A DNA stretch of 64,000 nucleotides, taken from the NCBI GenBank assembly GCA_963778115.1, contig CAVZSV010000004.1, positions 512,001-576,000 of the forward strand, read 5' to 3'. The position numbers and the translations under genes were made by a program. Numbering within the stretch: position 1 is the stretch's first letter; each line of letters opens with the position of its first letter. The notes under the pieces were generated by a model that was given only the letters and a program-made list of their open reading frames with translations, did no database searches and had not been told where the DNA came from. Below, piece by piece: positions 47,901 through 57,832 of this stretch. Source of the DNA: an uncultured delta proteobacterium. Its GTDB lineage: Bacteria; Bdellovibrionota; FAC87; UBA2466.

Positions 47901-48898
47901 CGGTAATCTATCCGTTCCAAGAAGTTTTCGATCTTCTGGTTCACCATCTCGGGAAGATCGGTATGAGCGTTGTGACTGCCCATGGGGATTTTTTCCAAAA
48001 CTCCCTTGGGAAGAAGCCTGGCCATCTCTTCTTGTAAATGCATGGGCGTAATAAAATCAGCAGCTCCCGCAATCACAAGTGTCGGAGTCTTAAGCTTCTT
48101 CAACATCGGGCGCCCTTCTAACCGAGTATAATCTCTAAGGAGCGAAAAGAAAGTCACAGGAGCCGTTTGATTTACCCCTTCCATATAATGAAGGACATCG
48201 CGCTCCTCGGCCAAATAGGGATTGAAACCCAAACGCGAAGTCATATAGAAGCTCAATCGATTAAATTCGGTCATTCTGCGCCAGATCTGGGAGACAGGCC
48301 CCGGTGCCAATTCAAAAAGTTTAGAAGTCATTTGATAAAATTTGTCCATCCGATCGGTGTAAAACATGCCGTGGAAGGGATTACTAACACTCCCACAAAT
48401 AAGAACAAGGCCCAAAATCTTTTCGGGACAGAGGCTTCCAGCAATGGCGCTTACGGGAACCCCCATGCTATGGCCAAAAACGACAGTCTCCTTTAGGTCA
48501 AGATGTTCGATAAGTCCTTGCACGTCTTTTGCGCAGCACTCGAGCGTAAGATTGCGATCGTTGGACGGAAGTGCTGATCGATGATGGCCGCGGTAATCAA
48601 AAGTAATTACTTTATAGCCGTTCACAAAATAAGCGAGCTGATGACGCCAGTGCTCTCGACGACAAACCAAGCCATAACAGAAGATGATAGGACGTCCCTC
48701 TCCCGCCACCTCATAGTAAATTGAGGTTCCGTCGAAGCTATTGAAGAAGCCCTTTTCCGTTGCTAAAGGGGCCACCACTTCCGAAGAGGATTCACTAGCG
48801 TCCATCAGGACAGAATCATGCTCCGCGCCGAGATCGCCCGTTTGGAGCTCTTGGTCAGAAGGTTTGGAATTTTTGTCGGAATGGTCGTGATCCGTCAT
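47897..48898 (-). CDS. Alpha/beta hydrolase
   Basis: DYRGH, GHSMG nucleophile, D.ITP, GSHNAH. Confidence 0.93.
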   Translation of the reverse strand: MTDHDHSDKNSKPSDQELQTGDLGAEHDSVLMDASESSSEVVAPLATEKGFFNSFDGTSIYYEVAGEGRPIIFCYGLVCRREHWRHQLAYFVNGYKVITFDYRGHHRSALPSNDRNLTLECCAKDVQGLIEHLDLKETVVFGHSMGVPVSAIAGSLCPEKILGLVLICGSVSNPFHGMFYTDRMDKFYQMTSKLFELAPGPVSQIWRRMTEFNRLSFYMTSRLGFNPYLAEERDVLHYMEGVNQTAPVTFFSLLRDYTRLEGRPMLKKLKTPTLVIAGAADFITPMHLQEEMARLLPKGVLEKIPMGSHNAHTDLPEMVNQKIENFLERIDYR

Positions 48899-48962
48899 GC
48901 GTCCGGGAATCTTATTTCCGAGCGGAGTTTTAGGCAACCATGTTAGAATAATTTCTCCTCCC

Positions 48963-50630
48963 ATGGCTCTTAATCGTGAAATTAAATTCATCGTTTCCGT
49001 GCTGGCTTGCGGGATAATGCTCCATCTTTACACCTACGATGAATCCCGTGTCGCCTTAATGCGGCTCGAGCCGCAGTTGAAGCTGGATAGTTCGTTTACT
49101 GATACCATCAAACAGTCCTGCCCGTCGCTTTTATCACAAAATCAACGCGCAGCGGAGCTGATGATCGTAGGTAAGTTCACCCCGAATTCGCAAGCCACCG
49201 AATCGCGCTGTTTGGTTTCCGTAGAGACCGCTCACCTGCAGCGCTTTCATCTTCGCAGCCATTGGCTTTATTCCATTCAAATAAAGACGGATCAAGGAAA
49301 AGCCGTTTTACAAAGAACCTTCTCGGCCGAATTTCCCCGTCCTCTTTGCCTTTTGCCTTTTGTCGCTTTGCTCTTTGCCCTTTTGTTTAACCTTCGCGTT
49401 TGGCAGATGCGCTGGCTGCTCGCTAGTTACCTCTTTTTGCTAGCCGGTGGAAATCTAATAGAAGGCTTTTCCATGTTTACAAAAAGCTTTGCCACTACGA
49501 TGTCGAGCGATCCCTCTTTCTGGGGAATGGCTTTTATTCTCTTGTGGGCCGCTTTTCAAAGAAGTGCACTTCCCGTGGAAGATTTGCCTCGAGTCGAGCC
49601 TGGCCGAGTGCAGGGCTTTTTTAACCGCGTCTTCACTCAACTTTTGGGGCTTTGGAGTCCCGCCGTCTATACGGCATTCGGACGGACCTTATTCCCCTTT
49701 CGCGCCCAAGCATCACGACTTCTTATCTTTTTTAATGCCCAAGTCTTGGTAGCAACCGTTAGTCTCTACCTTTTGGGTGTCGATTTTCAAACCAAGCACT
49801 TCTGGGAAAATAGTTTGAGCCTTCCTCGTTACTTTGCCTTTATTATCTTTTTCTTCTATGCCCTTTATGCGTGGAAGGGCCGAACGAGTCGACAAGTCCT
49901 GTTTTGGAAAATCCCCAGACTCCCCCAAGCCACCATTCTCTTTCTCGTGCTCGAAGCGGTTTCAAGTTTTTTTCCCCACCTGCGTTTGCTTAGCTCGACC
50001 AATACGCTTACCCGATTAGGAATCGCTCTTCTCGGGGGGGAACTTCTGCCCCCGCGTGCCGTTGATATCAAACCTTTCACACGACTCGCCGCCACTGGAC
50101 TCATTGCGGTCTTAGTCGCTACTAGTATTCCCGTACTAAGCGCTCAATCAGGGCTGACCGATCTAGTCTTGGCAATGTTTGATCCAAGACTGCATCCCAA
50201 TACGTTTATCCTATTTTCCTTTCTGGCCGCGGTAGCGGTGGGAATCGTGACAGGCAGCTTTTCCGTCAGCTTCTTTGCTTTCTTTAATTTGCTCATTACT
50301 AATAGCCAACAGCCGATCTTGCGCGCCGCACTCATGGATGGAGTATTGGTGGGAAGTTTTCTTTCCCCCTTCTCGCTCTATAATTTGATTCCCGCCGTGG
50401 AATTTAATTTTGATCTGAAATTACTCTTACAAGCCCGATTTCGACAGCTGGGAGTTCCGCTGCTGATGGCAACCGTGGTTTATGCAGTCACTCTGCCTGC
50501 GGTCAGTATTCTGCGGCCTTTAATGTTCGTATTTGTCTGTCTGGTAGCTTTTACTTTAGATCTCAAACGCAACCACTGGATCATTTCAGGTAGTAGGTTT
50601 TGGATACCTCCACATACCGATCCGCGCTAA
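48963..50630 (+). CDS. Polytopic membrane protein of unknown function
   Basis: More than 10 hydrophobic segments; start approximate. Confidence 0.65.
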   Translation: MALNREIKFIVSVLACGIMLHLYTYDESRVALMRLEPQLKLDSSFTDTIKQSCPSLLSQNQRAAELMIVGKFTPNSQATESRCLVSVETAHLQRFHLRSHWLYSIQIKTDQGKAVLQRTFSAEFPRPLCLLPFVALLFALLFNLRVWQMRWLLASYLFLLAGGNLIEGFSMFTKSFATTMSSDPSFWGMAFILLWAAFQRSALPVEDLPRVEPGRVQGFFNRVFTQLLGLWSPAVYTAFGRTLFPFRAQASRLLIFFNAQVLVATVSLYLLGVDFQTKHFWENSLSLPRYFAFIIFFFYALYAWKGRTSRQVLFWKIPRLPQATILFLVLEAVSSFFPHLRLLSSTNTLTRLGIALLGGELLPPRAVDIKPFTRLAATGLIAVLVATSIPVLSAQSGLTDLVLAMFDPRLHPNTFILFSFLAAVAVGIVTGSFSVSFFAFFNLLITNSQQPILRAALMDGVLVGSFLSPFSLYNLIPAVEFNFDLKLLLQARFRQLGVPLLMATVVYAVTLPAVSILRPLMFVFVCLVAFTLDLKRNHWIISGSRFWIPPHTDPR

Positions 50631-51165
50631 CTCGAATGCTTTCCCTTTCCTCTTCGGTTAATTCAGCAACTACTTTGGCAGGTCGTCCGAAGGCCTTAGT
50701 GCCGCTGGGAATCTTCATGTTCTGAGTGACCAAGCTTCCCGCCCCCAAGAGCACGTAGTCACCTATCTCGGCCCCATCCAAAATCACACTTCCCATACCA
50801 ATAAGGGCAAAGTCATTGATGGTACAGGCGTGAATAATAGTGGAATGGCCTATCGTTACGTTATCCCCGATAATCGTCGGAAATCCGTCTCGAGTGACGT
50901 GAACCACGGAGAGATCTTGAACGTTGGTTCGTTTTCCTATCCGAATGTAGTTCACGTCTGCACGCACCACAGAGTTAAACCAAATACTACTCTCTTCCCC
51001 GATCCACACGTCCCCCATCACGATACTTCCCGGAGCTAGCCATGCGGAACTAGCAATCTTGGTCTCATGATAGCGATGCGGAAACTCTTTTTTGAGTCTC
51101 TGAATCTCTTTCTGCATATAGGGGTCGCTCATATTGTCGCCTAAACTCTTTGGGGGCACCGACAT
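50581..51165 (-). CDS. Gamma carbonic anhydrase family (YrdA/PaaY-like)
   Basis: Hexapeptide repeats; RADVN, NVQD..VH, TIGH..IH. Confidence 0.93.
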   Translation of the reverse strand: MSVPPKSLGDNMSDPYMQKEIQRLKKEFPHRYHETKIASSAWLAPGSIVMGDVWIGEESSIWFNSVVRADVNYIRIGKRTNVQDLSVVHVTRDGFPTIIGDNVTIGHSTIIHACTINDFALIGMGSVILDGAEIGDYVLLGAGSLVTQNMKIPSGTKAFGRPAKVVAELTEEERESIRVSADRYVEVSKTYYLK

Positions 51166-52477
51166 AATAACCTCTTAGATTAGATCCGTTAGCTTCGGTA
51201 ATTTCGACATCAAGAATCTTTCCGACACAAGCGTCCCCTGCGTTTAAGACGTGGACCATTTTGCTATGAAGACTACGACCTGAGTAATGCAGGTTCTTGC
51301 GATCGATAGACTCCACCAAGACTTTCTGAACGGAACCTATCATGCTTTCATTTTCATCTTGGGTAATCCGAAGTGCTAACGGCTGAAGACGAGCCAATCG
51401 TTCCTCTTTAATTTTCTCGTCTATCTCAAGTTCCGCACCATATTCGAAAGCTCGGGTGCCGGGACGTGGAGAATACTTGAACATGAAGACCAAAGAGAAC
51501 CCGATATCCTTCACCATCGCCATCGTCTGCTCAAAATCTTCTTCGGTCTCCCCGGGAAAACCTACAATGGCATCCGCCGAAAGAGCGATGTCGGGGCGGT
51601 GCTTACGAAGCAAGTCGATCTTTTCCCGGTACTCTCGATTCGTATAGAGTCGGCTCATTCGCTTTAAAACGCTATCACTCCCCGATTGAAAAGGTAGATG
51701 GAGTGCCGGACACAATTTTTCTACATTTCCAAATTGCTCTATTAGATCCATGCCCAAATCTCTGGGGTGAGAAGTAACGTAGCGGATTCTCTCTAATCCC
51801 TCGACCCGGTTGGCAGCTTCCACAAGCTGGGCTAAACTTTCGCCCGTTCCCTTTCCAAAAGTATTGATATTCTGTCCTAGAAAAGTGACCTCTTTGGTTC
51901 CTCCGGCCACAAACTTTTTCACATCCACAATAATTTCAGAAATAGTACGGCTCTTCTCTCGTCCCCTGACAAAGGGGACAATGCAGTACGTACAAAAGTG
52001 ATCGCAGCCCTTCATCACTGTCAGGTATTCCGAGGGACGAGTCGTCGTCATAGCCGAGGGTTGCGAATAACTTCGTCCCCCGATATCAAGCTTGGCCTCT
52101 AAAACCCTACGCCCTTCGTTGATAACGTTATTCACCACTTCGCCGACTCGATCCACGGCGTCAGGTCCCATGACCAGATCGAGATGGGGGACTCGCTGTA
52201 GCAGCGTTCTTCCCATCCTCTGTCCGACACAGCCGGTGACTCCAATCACCTTTTTCGGATCGCGATCTTTGAGCGGCTTAAGCTCGCCCAAAAGGCTTAA
52301 GACTTTATGTTCGGATTTGTCCCGGATGCTGCAGGTATTTAGCAAAATCACATCGGCTTTGCGAAGCTCGGGCTCATAGACAAAACCTTGGTTTACTAGC
52401 AGAGACTGCATCCGATCCGAATCATAGACATTCATCTGGCAACCGAACGTCTTGATGTGGATAGATCTCTTGGTCAT
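51065..52477 (-). CDS. miaB: tRNA i6A37 methylthiotransferase
   Basis: TFGCQMN, NTCSIR, GCDHFCTYC, TSHP, TRAM domain. Confidence 0.96.
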   Translation of the reverse strand: MTKRSIHIKTFGCQMNVYDSDRMQSLLVNQGFVYEPELRKADVILLNTCSIRDKSEHKVLSLLGELKPLKDRDPKKVIGVTGCVGQRMGRTLLQRVPHLDLVMGPDAVDRVGEVVNNVINEGRRVLEAKLDIGGRSYSQPSAMTTTRPSEYLTVMKGCDHFCTYCIVPFVRGREKSRTISEIIVDVKKFVAGGTKEVTFLGQNINTFGKGTGESLAQLVEAANRVEGLERIRYVTSHPRDLGMDLIEQFGNVEKLCPALHLPFQSGSDSVLKRMSRLYTNREYREKIDLLRKHRPDIALSADAIVGFPGETEEDFEQTMAMVKDIGFSLVFMFKYSPRPGTRAFEYGAELEIDEKIKEERLARLQPLALRITQDENESMIGSVQKVLVESIDRKNLHYSGRSLHSKMVHVLNAGDACVGKILDVEITEANGSNLRGYYVGAPKEFRRQYERPLYAERDSETQKRVSASLS

Positions 52478-52780
52478 GGTAACGGGCCCGTTTTCGACTT
52501 CACGCATAGCGAGCCATTGTAAAGAAGCGGGAGGCTGTCTACAAGCCCTGGTTGCCCATAAGTTTTCCAGGCCCCCTCGTATGAAGCAATTCGACAACTT
52601 GAACCAAATAGCTCTGAAACCGCGACTAAAAGGTATTCACTTTAGCGGTCTGAGCATCTTGCATACAGGACTTATCTCATTGAATTACTAAGAGTTTGTT
52701 GCCTGCCTTCCTAATTCCCGGGGCATAGCCTTTGCAAAAACATCTCGTGATTTCGCCTTAGCCTTCTCAAAGGAACCCGC

Positions 52781-54013
52781 ATGAAGTCTTTGTCCTTACT
52801 TTGGGCTCTAAGTTCAATCGTTCTTCTTGTGAACGGTTGTGGAGGATCCGGTTCCAACTCCACTGGAGGAACTCCTTCTTGGCTCACGACGCAGGAGCTT
52901 TCCAACGGCAATTATGTCTATACGCCGTCTGGAATACAGGCTGCTTACCAAATTACTTCTAATTTAGGAGAGGGTCAGGGGCAGACCATTGCTATCATCG
53001 ATCGGATCGGAAACCCAAACATTCAAGGAGATCTCGCTGCTTTTTCCACCGCATTTGGACTTCCTCAAGCAAATTTAACGATTCAATATATGCAAGGGCA
53101 GCCCACTTACAACAACGCCACTTGCAATTTCTCCGTTCGAACGACCAATGGTTTCCAAAATATTTGTGCCGCTTGGACCTCAGAGACCGCTCTCGATGTC
53201 GAAATGGTTCATGCGATCGCTCCTCAGGCCAATATCCTTCTCGTATTTGAAGGTGCGCAGACTGAGGATAGCACGGTAGCAGCGGTGGACTATGCGGTGG
53301 CTCAGGGGGCTAACGTCGTCACCATGAGCTTTAGTTATTACGAATTTCCTTCGGAAGATACGCTGTACGATTCCCATTTTAACATTCCCGGCGTAACCTT
53401 CGTCGCTTCCAGCGGAGATGCAGGAGATACCGTTAATTGGCCGGCAGTTTCGCAATATGTGCTTGCTGTTGGGGGAACCCATCTCCAATACAATCCGTCC
53501 ACCGAATCTCGTAGCGAGACAGCGTGGCCGAAATCGGGAGGAGGAATCAGCCAATTCGTCACTATTCCGAGTTATCAACAAAACGTAGGAGGAGACGCCA
53601 GCACCACCTATCGATCGGTACCAGATGTCGCCATCGTTGCCGACTCCGCAACGGGAGTCTTCGTTTACGATAGTACTAACGGACCCTATGTTAATGGATT
53701 TGGAAGCGGCTGGGTGAATGGAGTTCCCGCCCAAAGTCCTCTTACGGATTTAAATTGGGTAATCTCATCGGGAGCTAGCGTCGGCTCCCCGATGTGGGCC
53801 GGGCTCATTGCTTTGGCGAATGGTAAACGAGCCTCCTCTTCCCCTTTGGGAGACGTGCATGCGGCCATCTATGCGGCCCCTTCAAGTGACTTCAACGACA
53901 TCACTAGCGGCTGTGTTTTTTCAGGATTCTGCGCGGGAGTGGGCTTTGATCTTCTGACGGGGCTTGGAACCCCCGTGGCTAACCAACTTATTAACTATTT
54001 GATCAATTATTAA
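52781..54013 (+). CDS. S53 (sedolisin/kumamolisin-like) peptidase lipoprotein
   Basis: Lipobox LLVNGC; ETALD, SSGD, RSVPDV, GASVGSPMWAG, DITSG..GFDLLTGLGTP. Confidence 0.92.
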   Translation: MKSLSLLWALSSIVLLVNGCGGSGSNSTGGTPSWLTTQELSNGNYVYTPSGIQAAYQITSNLGEGQGQTIAIIDRIGNPNIQGDLAAFSTAFGLPQANLTIQYMQGQPTYNNATCNFSVRTTNGFQNICAAWTSETALDVEMVHAIAPQANILLVFEGAQTEDSTVAAVDYAVAQGANVVTMSFSYYEFPSEDTLYDSHFNIPGVTFVASSGDAGDTVNWPAVSQYVLAVGGTHLQYNPSTESRSETAWPKSGGGISQFVTIPSYQQNVGGDASTTYRSVPDVAIVADSATGVFVYDSTNGPYVNGFGSGWVNGVPAQSPLTDLNWVISSGASVGSPMWAGLIALANGKRASSSPLGDVHAAIYAAPSSDFNDITSGCVFSGFCAGVGFDLLTGLGTPVANQLINYLINY

Positions 54014-54068
54014 TCGCTTAAAGATCGTCGTTACGAGAAGCCCCGAAGGGCGACAGGGGAGCTAAAAT

Positions 54069-55586
54069 TTAATCGGTGACCTTTAGCTTTGCCATCTGCC
54101 GAAAGACGTCTATCGCATAAGCATCCATTTTTGGCATTTGGTCCATGCCGTCCACAAAACTCAGGACGGTTAGCGAGAGCCAACTTCCATCGGGAGAAAA
54201 ACTTACGTTTGCGATTGATTGGTGAAACGGTTTTTCTTCGAGAGTAAACCTAATCCCCGCCCGCTTCGAAATGGACCAGAGTTCCACCGCCTGCCTATGC
54301 GCTTCATAGGTAGGAACAGCAAGAAACCTTCCATCGTTAGAATAGTTCATCAGATGCGCCGCTATATTTCCCTTCGTCTCAAATTCCCATAACAAAGAGT
54401 GATCGGTGGCGGAGTGGATCTCTACCCGATCTCCATCCAACCCCACCGCATATTCGTTGGGAGCGAAAGCGATTCCGGGAGCGGTGGGAGCATCCGAATC
54501 ATTCTCGTAGGTCTTTTCCACTCTCGGTATTGGCCGATGGGTTTGCTCATCACGATGAATCCCGTAGAGGACACGCTGACGGTTACCCGTCTCCATATGA
54601 TAAGCAGCCGAAAGGAATTGGCCCGAAGGGGCAGGAACGATGGGTTCGAGAAGTCCTCCGATTTTGCCGGGATCATTTAGTGCTCCGATATAAGTAGCGT
54701 CTTCAACATCCCAAAAAGTAGTCCCTTCTGGATTTATCGCAGCCACCACATTCCCGCGATCCACAAAGTAGGTACTCGAAAAATACTTTTGTGGGGGCGC
54801 GAATTTGGAATATAAAAAAATTTGTTGGATCTCATTTCCAGTCCGGCTATCTCGAATCGACGCATGGTATCCCGCATTAGCGAGATAACTTTGACTGGAA
54901 GGATGAAATTGCACTCCTCTAACCGCAACCTCCTCACTCTGGTTTGGAATACCTGTCTGTGCGGGAGCCACGTCTTTCAAGCGGTTTCGAGCAGCCTGGG
55001 GATCTGCTTTCCAATGGCTCATTCCAATCCCCTGGGGATCTACTTGCTTGAGAGCTTCAATAGCTTGAGGATGGCCTTTTGACGCCAGCGAGAAAAGTTC
55101 CACGAACGCATAAACGACGTTATCCCAACTATTTTTGACCTCTCCAGTGGTATGCAAGAGTTCCACGGCACCTGTTTCATACATCAAGACAGGACCCCCG
55201 TAGACAGTGGCGCCGATCGCCGCAATATATTTCCCGTCGGGTGAAATATGAAGCTCTCCTATATGAGGAGGCTTCCCTCCCATCGATGGAGGGTGAACGC
55301 TTACTAAAGTTTGGGCTTCATCGATCTGTTGGACGACGAGGCGTCCTTTTATCACTTTGAAACGTAATTCCGGGTGAGAGGCATTTCTCTCCGTGGTATT
55401 CATGCCCACGACAAATCTGTCTCCCCCAATCATGAAAAAGGAAGTATTAGGGACTTCGTTGGGAGCGGAGTCAAAACGCAATTCTCTCGAGTTATCGTAA
55501 AAAAGAACCTCTTGCCCACAAGTCAGGGCATTGGCTAAAAAAGGAATTCCACAGAGCACGAATAAACCTACGGCGAGAACTTTCAA
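54069..55586 (-). CDS. Secreted WD40-like beta-propeller protein (paralog B)
   Basis: TTG at 55586 after AAAGAGG; signal peptide; ISPDG, FHPS, YSNDG and FSPDG blades. Confidence 0.8.
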   Translation of the reverse strand: MKVLAVGLFVLCGIPFLANALTCGQEVLFYDNSRELRFDSAPNEVPNTSFFMIGGDRFVVGMNTTERNASHPELRFKVIKGRLVVQQIDEAQTLVSVHPPSMGGKPPHIGELHISPDGKYIAAIGATVYGGPVLMYETGAVELLHTTGEVKNSWDNVVYAFVELFSLASKGHPQAIEALKQVDPQGIGMSHWKADPQAARNRLKDVAPAQTGIPNQSEEVAVRGVQFHPSSQSYLANAGYHASIRDSRTGNEIQQIFLYSKFAPPQKYFSSTYFVDRGNVVAAINPEGTTFWDVEDATYIGALNDPGKIGGLLEPIVPAPSGQFLSAAYHMETGNRQRVLYGIHRDEQTHRPIPRVEKTYENDSDAPTAPGIAFAPNEYAVGLDGDRVEIHSATDHSLLWEFETKGNIAAHLMNYSNDGRFLAVPTYEAHRQAVELWSISKRAGIRFTLEEKPFHQSIANVSFSPDGSWLSLTVLSFVDGMDQMPKMDAYAIDVFRQMAKLKVTD

Positions 55587-55657
55587 CGAAAACCTCTTTC
55601 CAGGGAACGCGCGACTTATAGCAGTAATTGTCTCGTAGCGCAAAATCTAGAAGGGCC

Positions 55658-57181
55658 TTATTTTGCTGCTGGCTTTAGTTTTGCCATTTGCCGGAAAATG
55701 TCGATAGCGTAAGCTTCGGTTCGGTAAGGTTTGTCAGGCCCGTCCTCAAAAGTCATTACAGTCACCGTAAGCCAACTCCCATCAGCAGAGAAGTTCACGC
55801 TAGAAATTACCCGACGATAGGGTTTTTCCTCTAGGTTGAACTTAAGTCCGGCCTTTTTCGAAGTCGACCACAACTCAATACCTTGTTCTTTACCATCGGC
55901 ACTTGCCACCGCGAGAAAGTGTCCATCGTTAGAATAATTCATCAGATGAGGGCCTAACTCTCCGCTCGTCTCAAATTCCCATAACAGAGAATGATCCTCT
56001 GAGGAATGGATCTCAACACGTTTGCCATCAATCCCCACGGCATATTCATTGGGGCCAAAGGCAATCCCGGGAGCGGTCGAGGCCGTGAGACTATTCTTAT
56101 AAACTTTTTCTACGCTCGGTTTAGCTTCCTTCGTTTGCGTATTCCGATGGATTGAGTAAAGCACGCGCTCGCGTGCCGTCTCGGTTTTGTAGGCAGCAGA
56201 AACAAATTGTCCCGAAGTAGCTGGGACTATCGGATCGAAAACGCCCCCCAACTCGCCCAAAGCTTTTTCGGATCCGAGGAAGCTACCCTCTTCGGCATCC
56301 CAGAAAGTAACGTGCTCTCGACTGATAGCGGCGATCGCATTGCCTCGATCCACGAAATAGGTACGTGGCTGATCATTTTGGATAGGACCTAGCAGCGAGT
56401 GTAAGATGATGCGTTGAATCTCTTTTCCCGTTCTACTTCTTCGAATCGAGACATGATCTGCCGCCTGAGACAGATAGGTTTCGCTCGAAGGATGGAATTG
56501 CATTCCCATCACCGGAACACTTCTGCTCTGGTTGGCGACATTCGTCAGTCGGGAAGCTTGGTTCTTAGCCCATTCTTTAACGCCTTCCGGGTCTGCTTTC
56601 CAAACCTTCATTAAACTCCCGGTGGGATCCATCTGTTTTAGTTGCGCAATGGCAAGGGGGTTTGCTTTTTCCGCCAACCTATGGAGTTCTATGAATTGAT
56701 GAACCACGGGATCCCAACTATTTTGAACCTCTTCAGTGTTATGCAGTAATTCCACTGCTCCTGTTTCATAAATCGCAACAGGACCGCCACCACTGCGAGT
56801 CGCGCCTGTCACCGCCATATACGTTCCGTCGGGAGAAACATGCAAAGCTCCCAGATGGCTTGGCTTACCGGATAACGAGGGAGGCTCGACGCTCATTAAG
56901 GTTTCGCTTTCCGCTATCTGCTGGACGACGAGGCGCCCGCCGGTAACTCTAAAAGTTCCCTGAGGATGCTCGGGACTTTTTTCCACTCTATGGGTACCTA
57001 CGGCAAAGCGATCGCCCCCGATCATCAAGAAAGGGGTACTTGCCGCTTCATCAGGAGCTGAGGCAAAGCTCAATTGGCTCGAATTGTCGTAAAGACGAAC
57101 TTGATCGCCGCAGGTCACCGCCGCATTAGCGATGGCAGACGCGCCTACTAGGAAGGCGAAAATGGCCGTAACGAACTTCAA
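55658..57181 (-). CDS. Secreted WD40-like beta-propeller protein (paralog A)
   Basis: Signal peptide; collinear with 54069..55586 (shared YETGAVELLH, DHSLLWEFET, FRQMAKLK). Confidence 0.8.
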   Translation of the reverse strand: MKFVTAIFAFLVGASAIANAAVTCGDQVRLYDNSSQLSFASAPDEAASTPFLMIGGDRFAVGTHRVEKSPEHPQGTFRVTGGRLVVQQIAESETLMSVEPPSLSGKPSHLGALHVSPDGTYMAVTGATRSGGGPVAIYETGAVELLHNTEEVQNSWDPVVHQFIELHRLAEKANPLAIAQLKQMDPTGSLMKVWKADPEGVKEWAKNQASRLTNVANQSRSVPVMGMQFHPSSETYLSQAADHVSIRRSRTGKEIQRIILHSLLGPIQNDQPRTYFVDRGNAIAAISREHVTFWDAEEGSFLGSEKALGELGGVFDPIVPATSGQFVSAAYKTETARERVLYSIHRNTQTKEAKPSVEKVYKNSLTASTAPGIAFGPNEYAVGIDGKRVEIHSSEDHSLLWEFETSGELGPHLMNYSNDGHFLAVASADGKEQGIELWSTSKKAGLKFNLEEKPYRRVISSVNFSADGSWLTVTVMTFEDGPDKPYRTEAYAIDIFRQMAKLKPAAK

Positions 57182-57364
57182 CTCAAACCTCTTTTTTTAA
57201 AACAAGCGAGTAGCGACTTATAGCACGAAATAACGCATAGTATCAATTAGGCAAACGAAGTTATTTACCTAGGGATTTCGTTAGTTTATTCGGTTTTAGG
57301 GTGACATTTGTTGTCATCTTTTTTTCTCGTTCCTTTCCTTTCTGCCTTACGTTACTTTCCCGAG

Positions 57365-57826
57365 GTGATTTTAGGATTTCATATTGTCTTGCACGAGCCT
57401 GTGATTCCCCAAAACACAGGTTCCATCGCACGCCTGTGCGCTTGCACAGGAGCCACCCTTCATCTGATACGGCCATTGGGATTTTCCATCGACGAAGCTT
57501 CGGTAAAACGCGCGGGGCTCGACTACTGGCCTCATGTGGATGTACGGGCACACGATAATTGGGAGGCTTTTTTAGAAGCGGAAAAGCCGGATAAACTTTT
57601 TTTTCTAAGCAAGTTTGCTTCCTATCCTTATACGGAAGCAAGACTTACGGCACCCGCCTATTTGGTTTTTGGCAGCGAAACCAAAGGGCTTCCCCAATCT
57701 TTTTTTCAAACTTACGAAGGAAAGTTTCTGCAGATTCCGATGAGAACCCATCTGGTAAGAAGTCTTAACCTAAGCCAGGCCGTTGCTATCGTTCTTTACG
57801 AAGGGATTCGTCAGAGTTCACTCTAG
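57365..57826 (+). CDS. trmL: tRNA (cytidine/uridine-34-2'-O)-methyltransferase
   Basis: EPVIPQNTG, KRAGLDYW, FGSETKGLP, RSLNLS; start approximate. Confidence 0.95.
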   Translation: MILGFHIVLHEPVIPQNTGSIARLCACTGATLHLIRPLGFSIDEASVKRAGLDYWPHVDVRAHDNWEAFLEAEKPDKLFFLSKFASYPYTEARLTAPAYLVFGSETKGLPQSFFQTYEGKFLQIPMRTHLVRSLNLSQAVAIVLYEGIRQSSL

Positions 57827-57832
57827 TTTTCG

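Noticed and set aside
51065..51165. 100-bp overlap of miaB with the gamma-CA gene as a special feature
   Set aside because: The MiaB tail beyond the TRAM domain looks like simple stop-codon drift or an indel; nothing else supports a function
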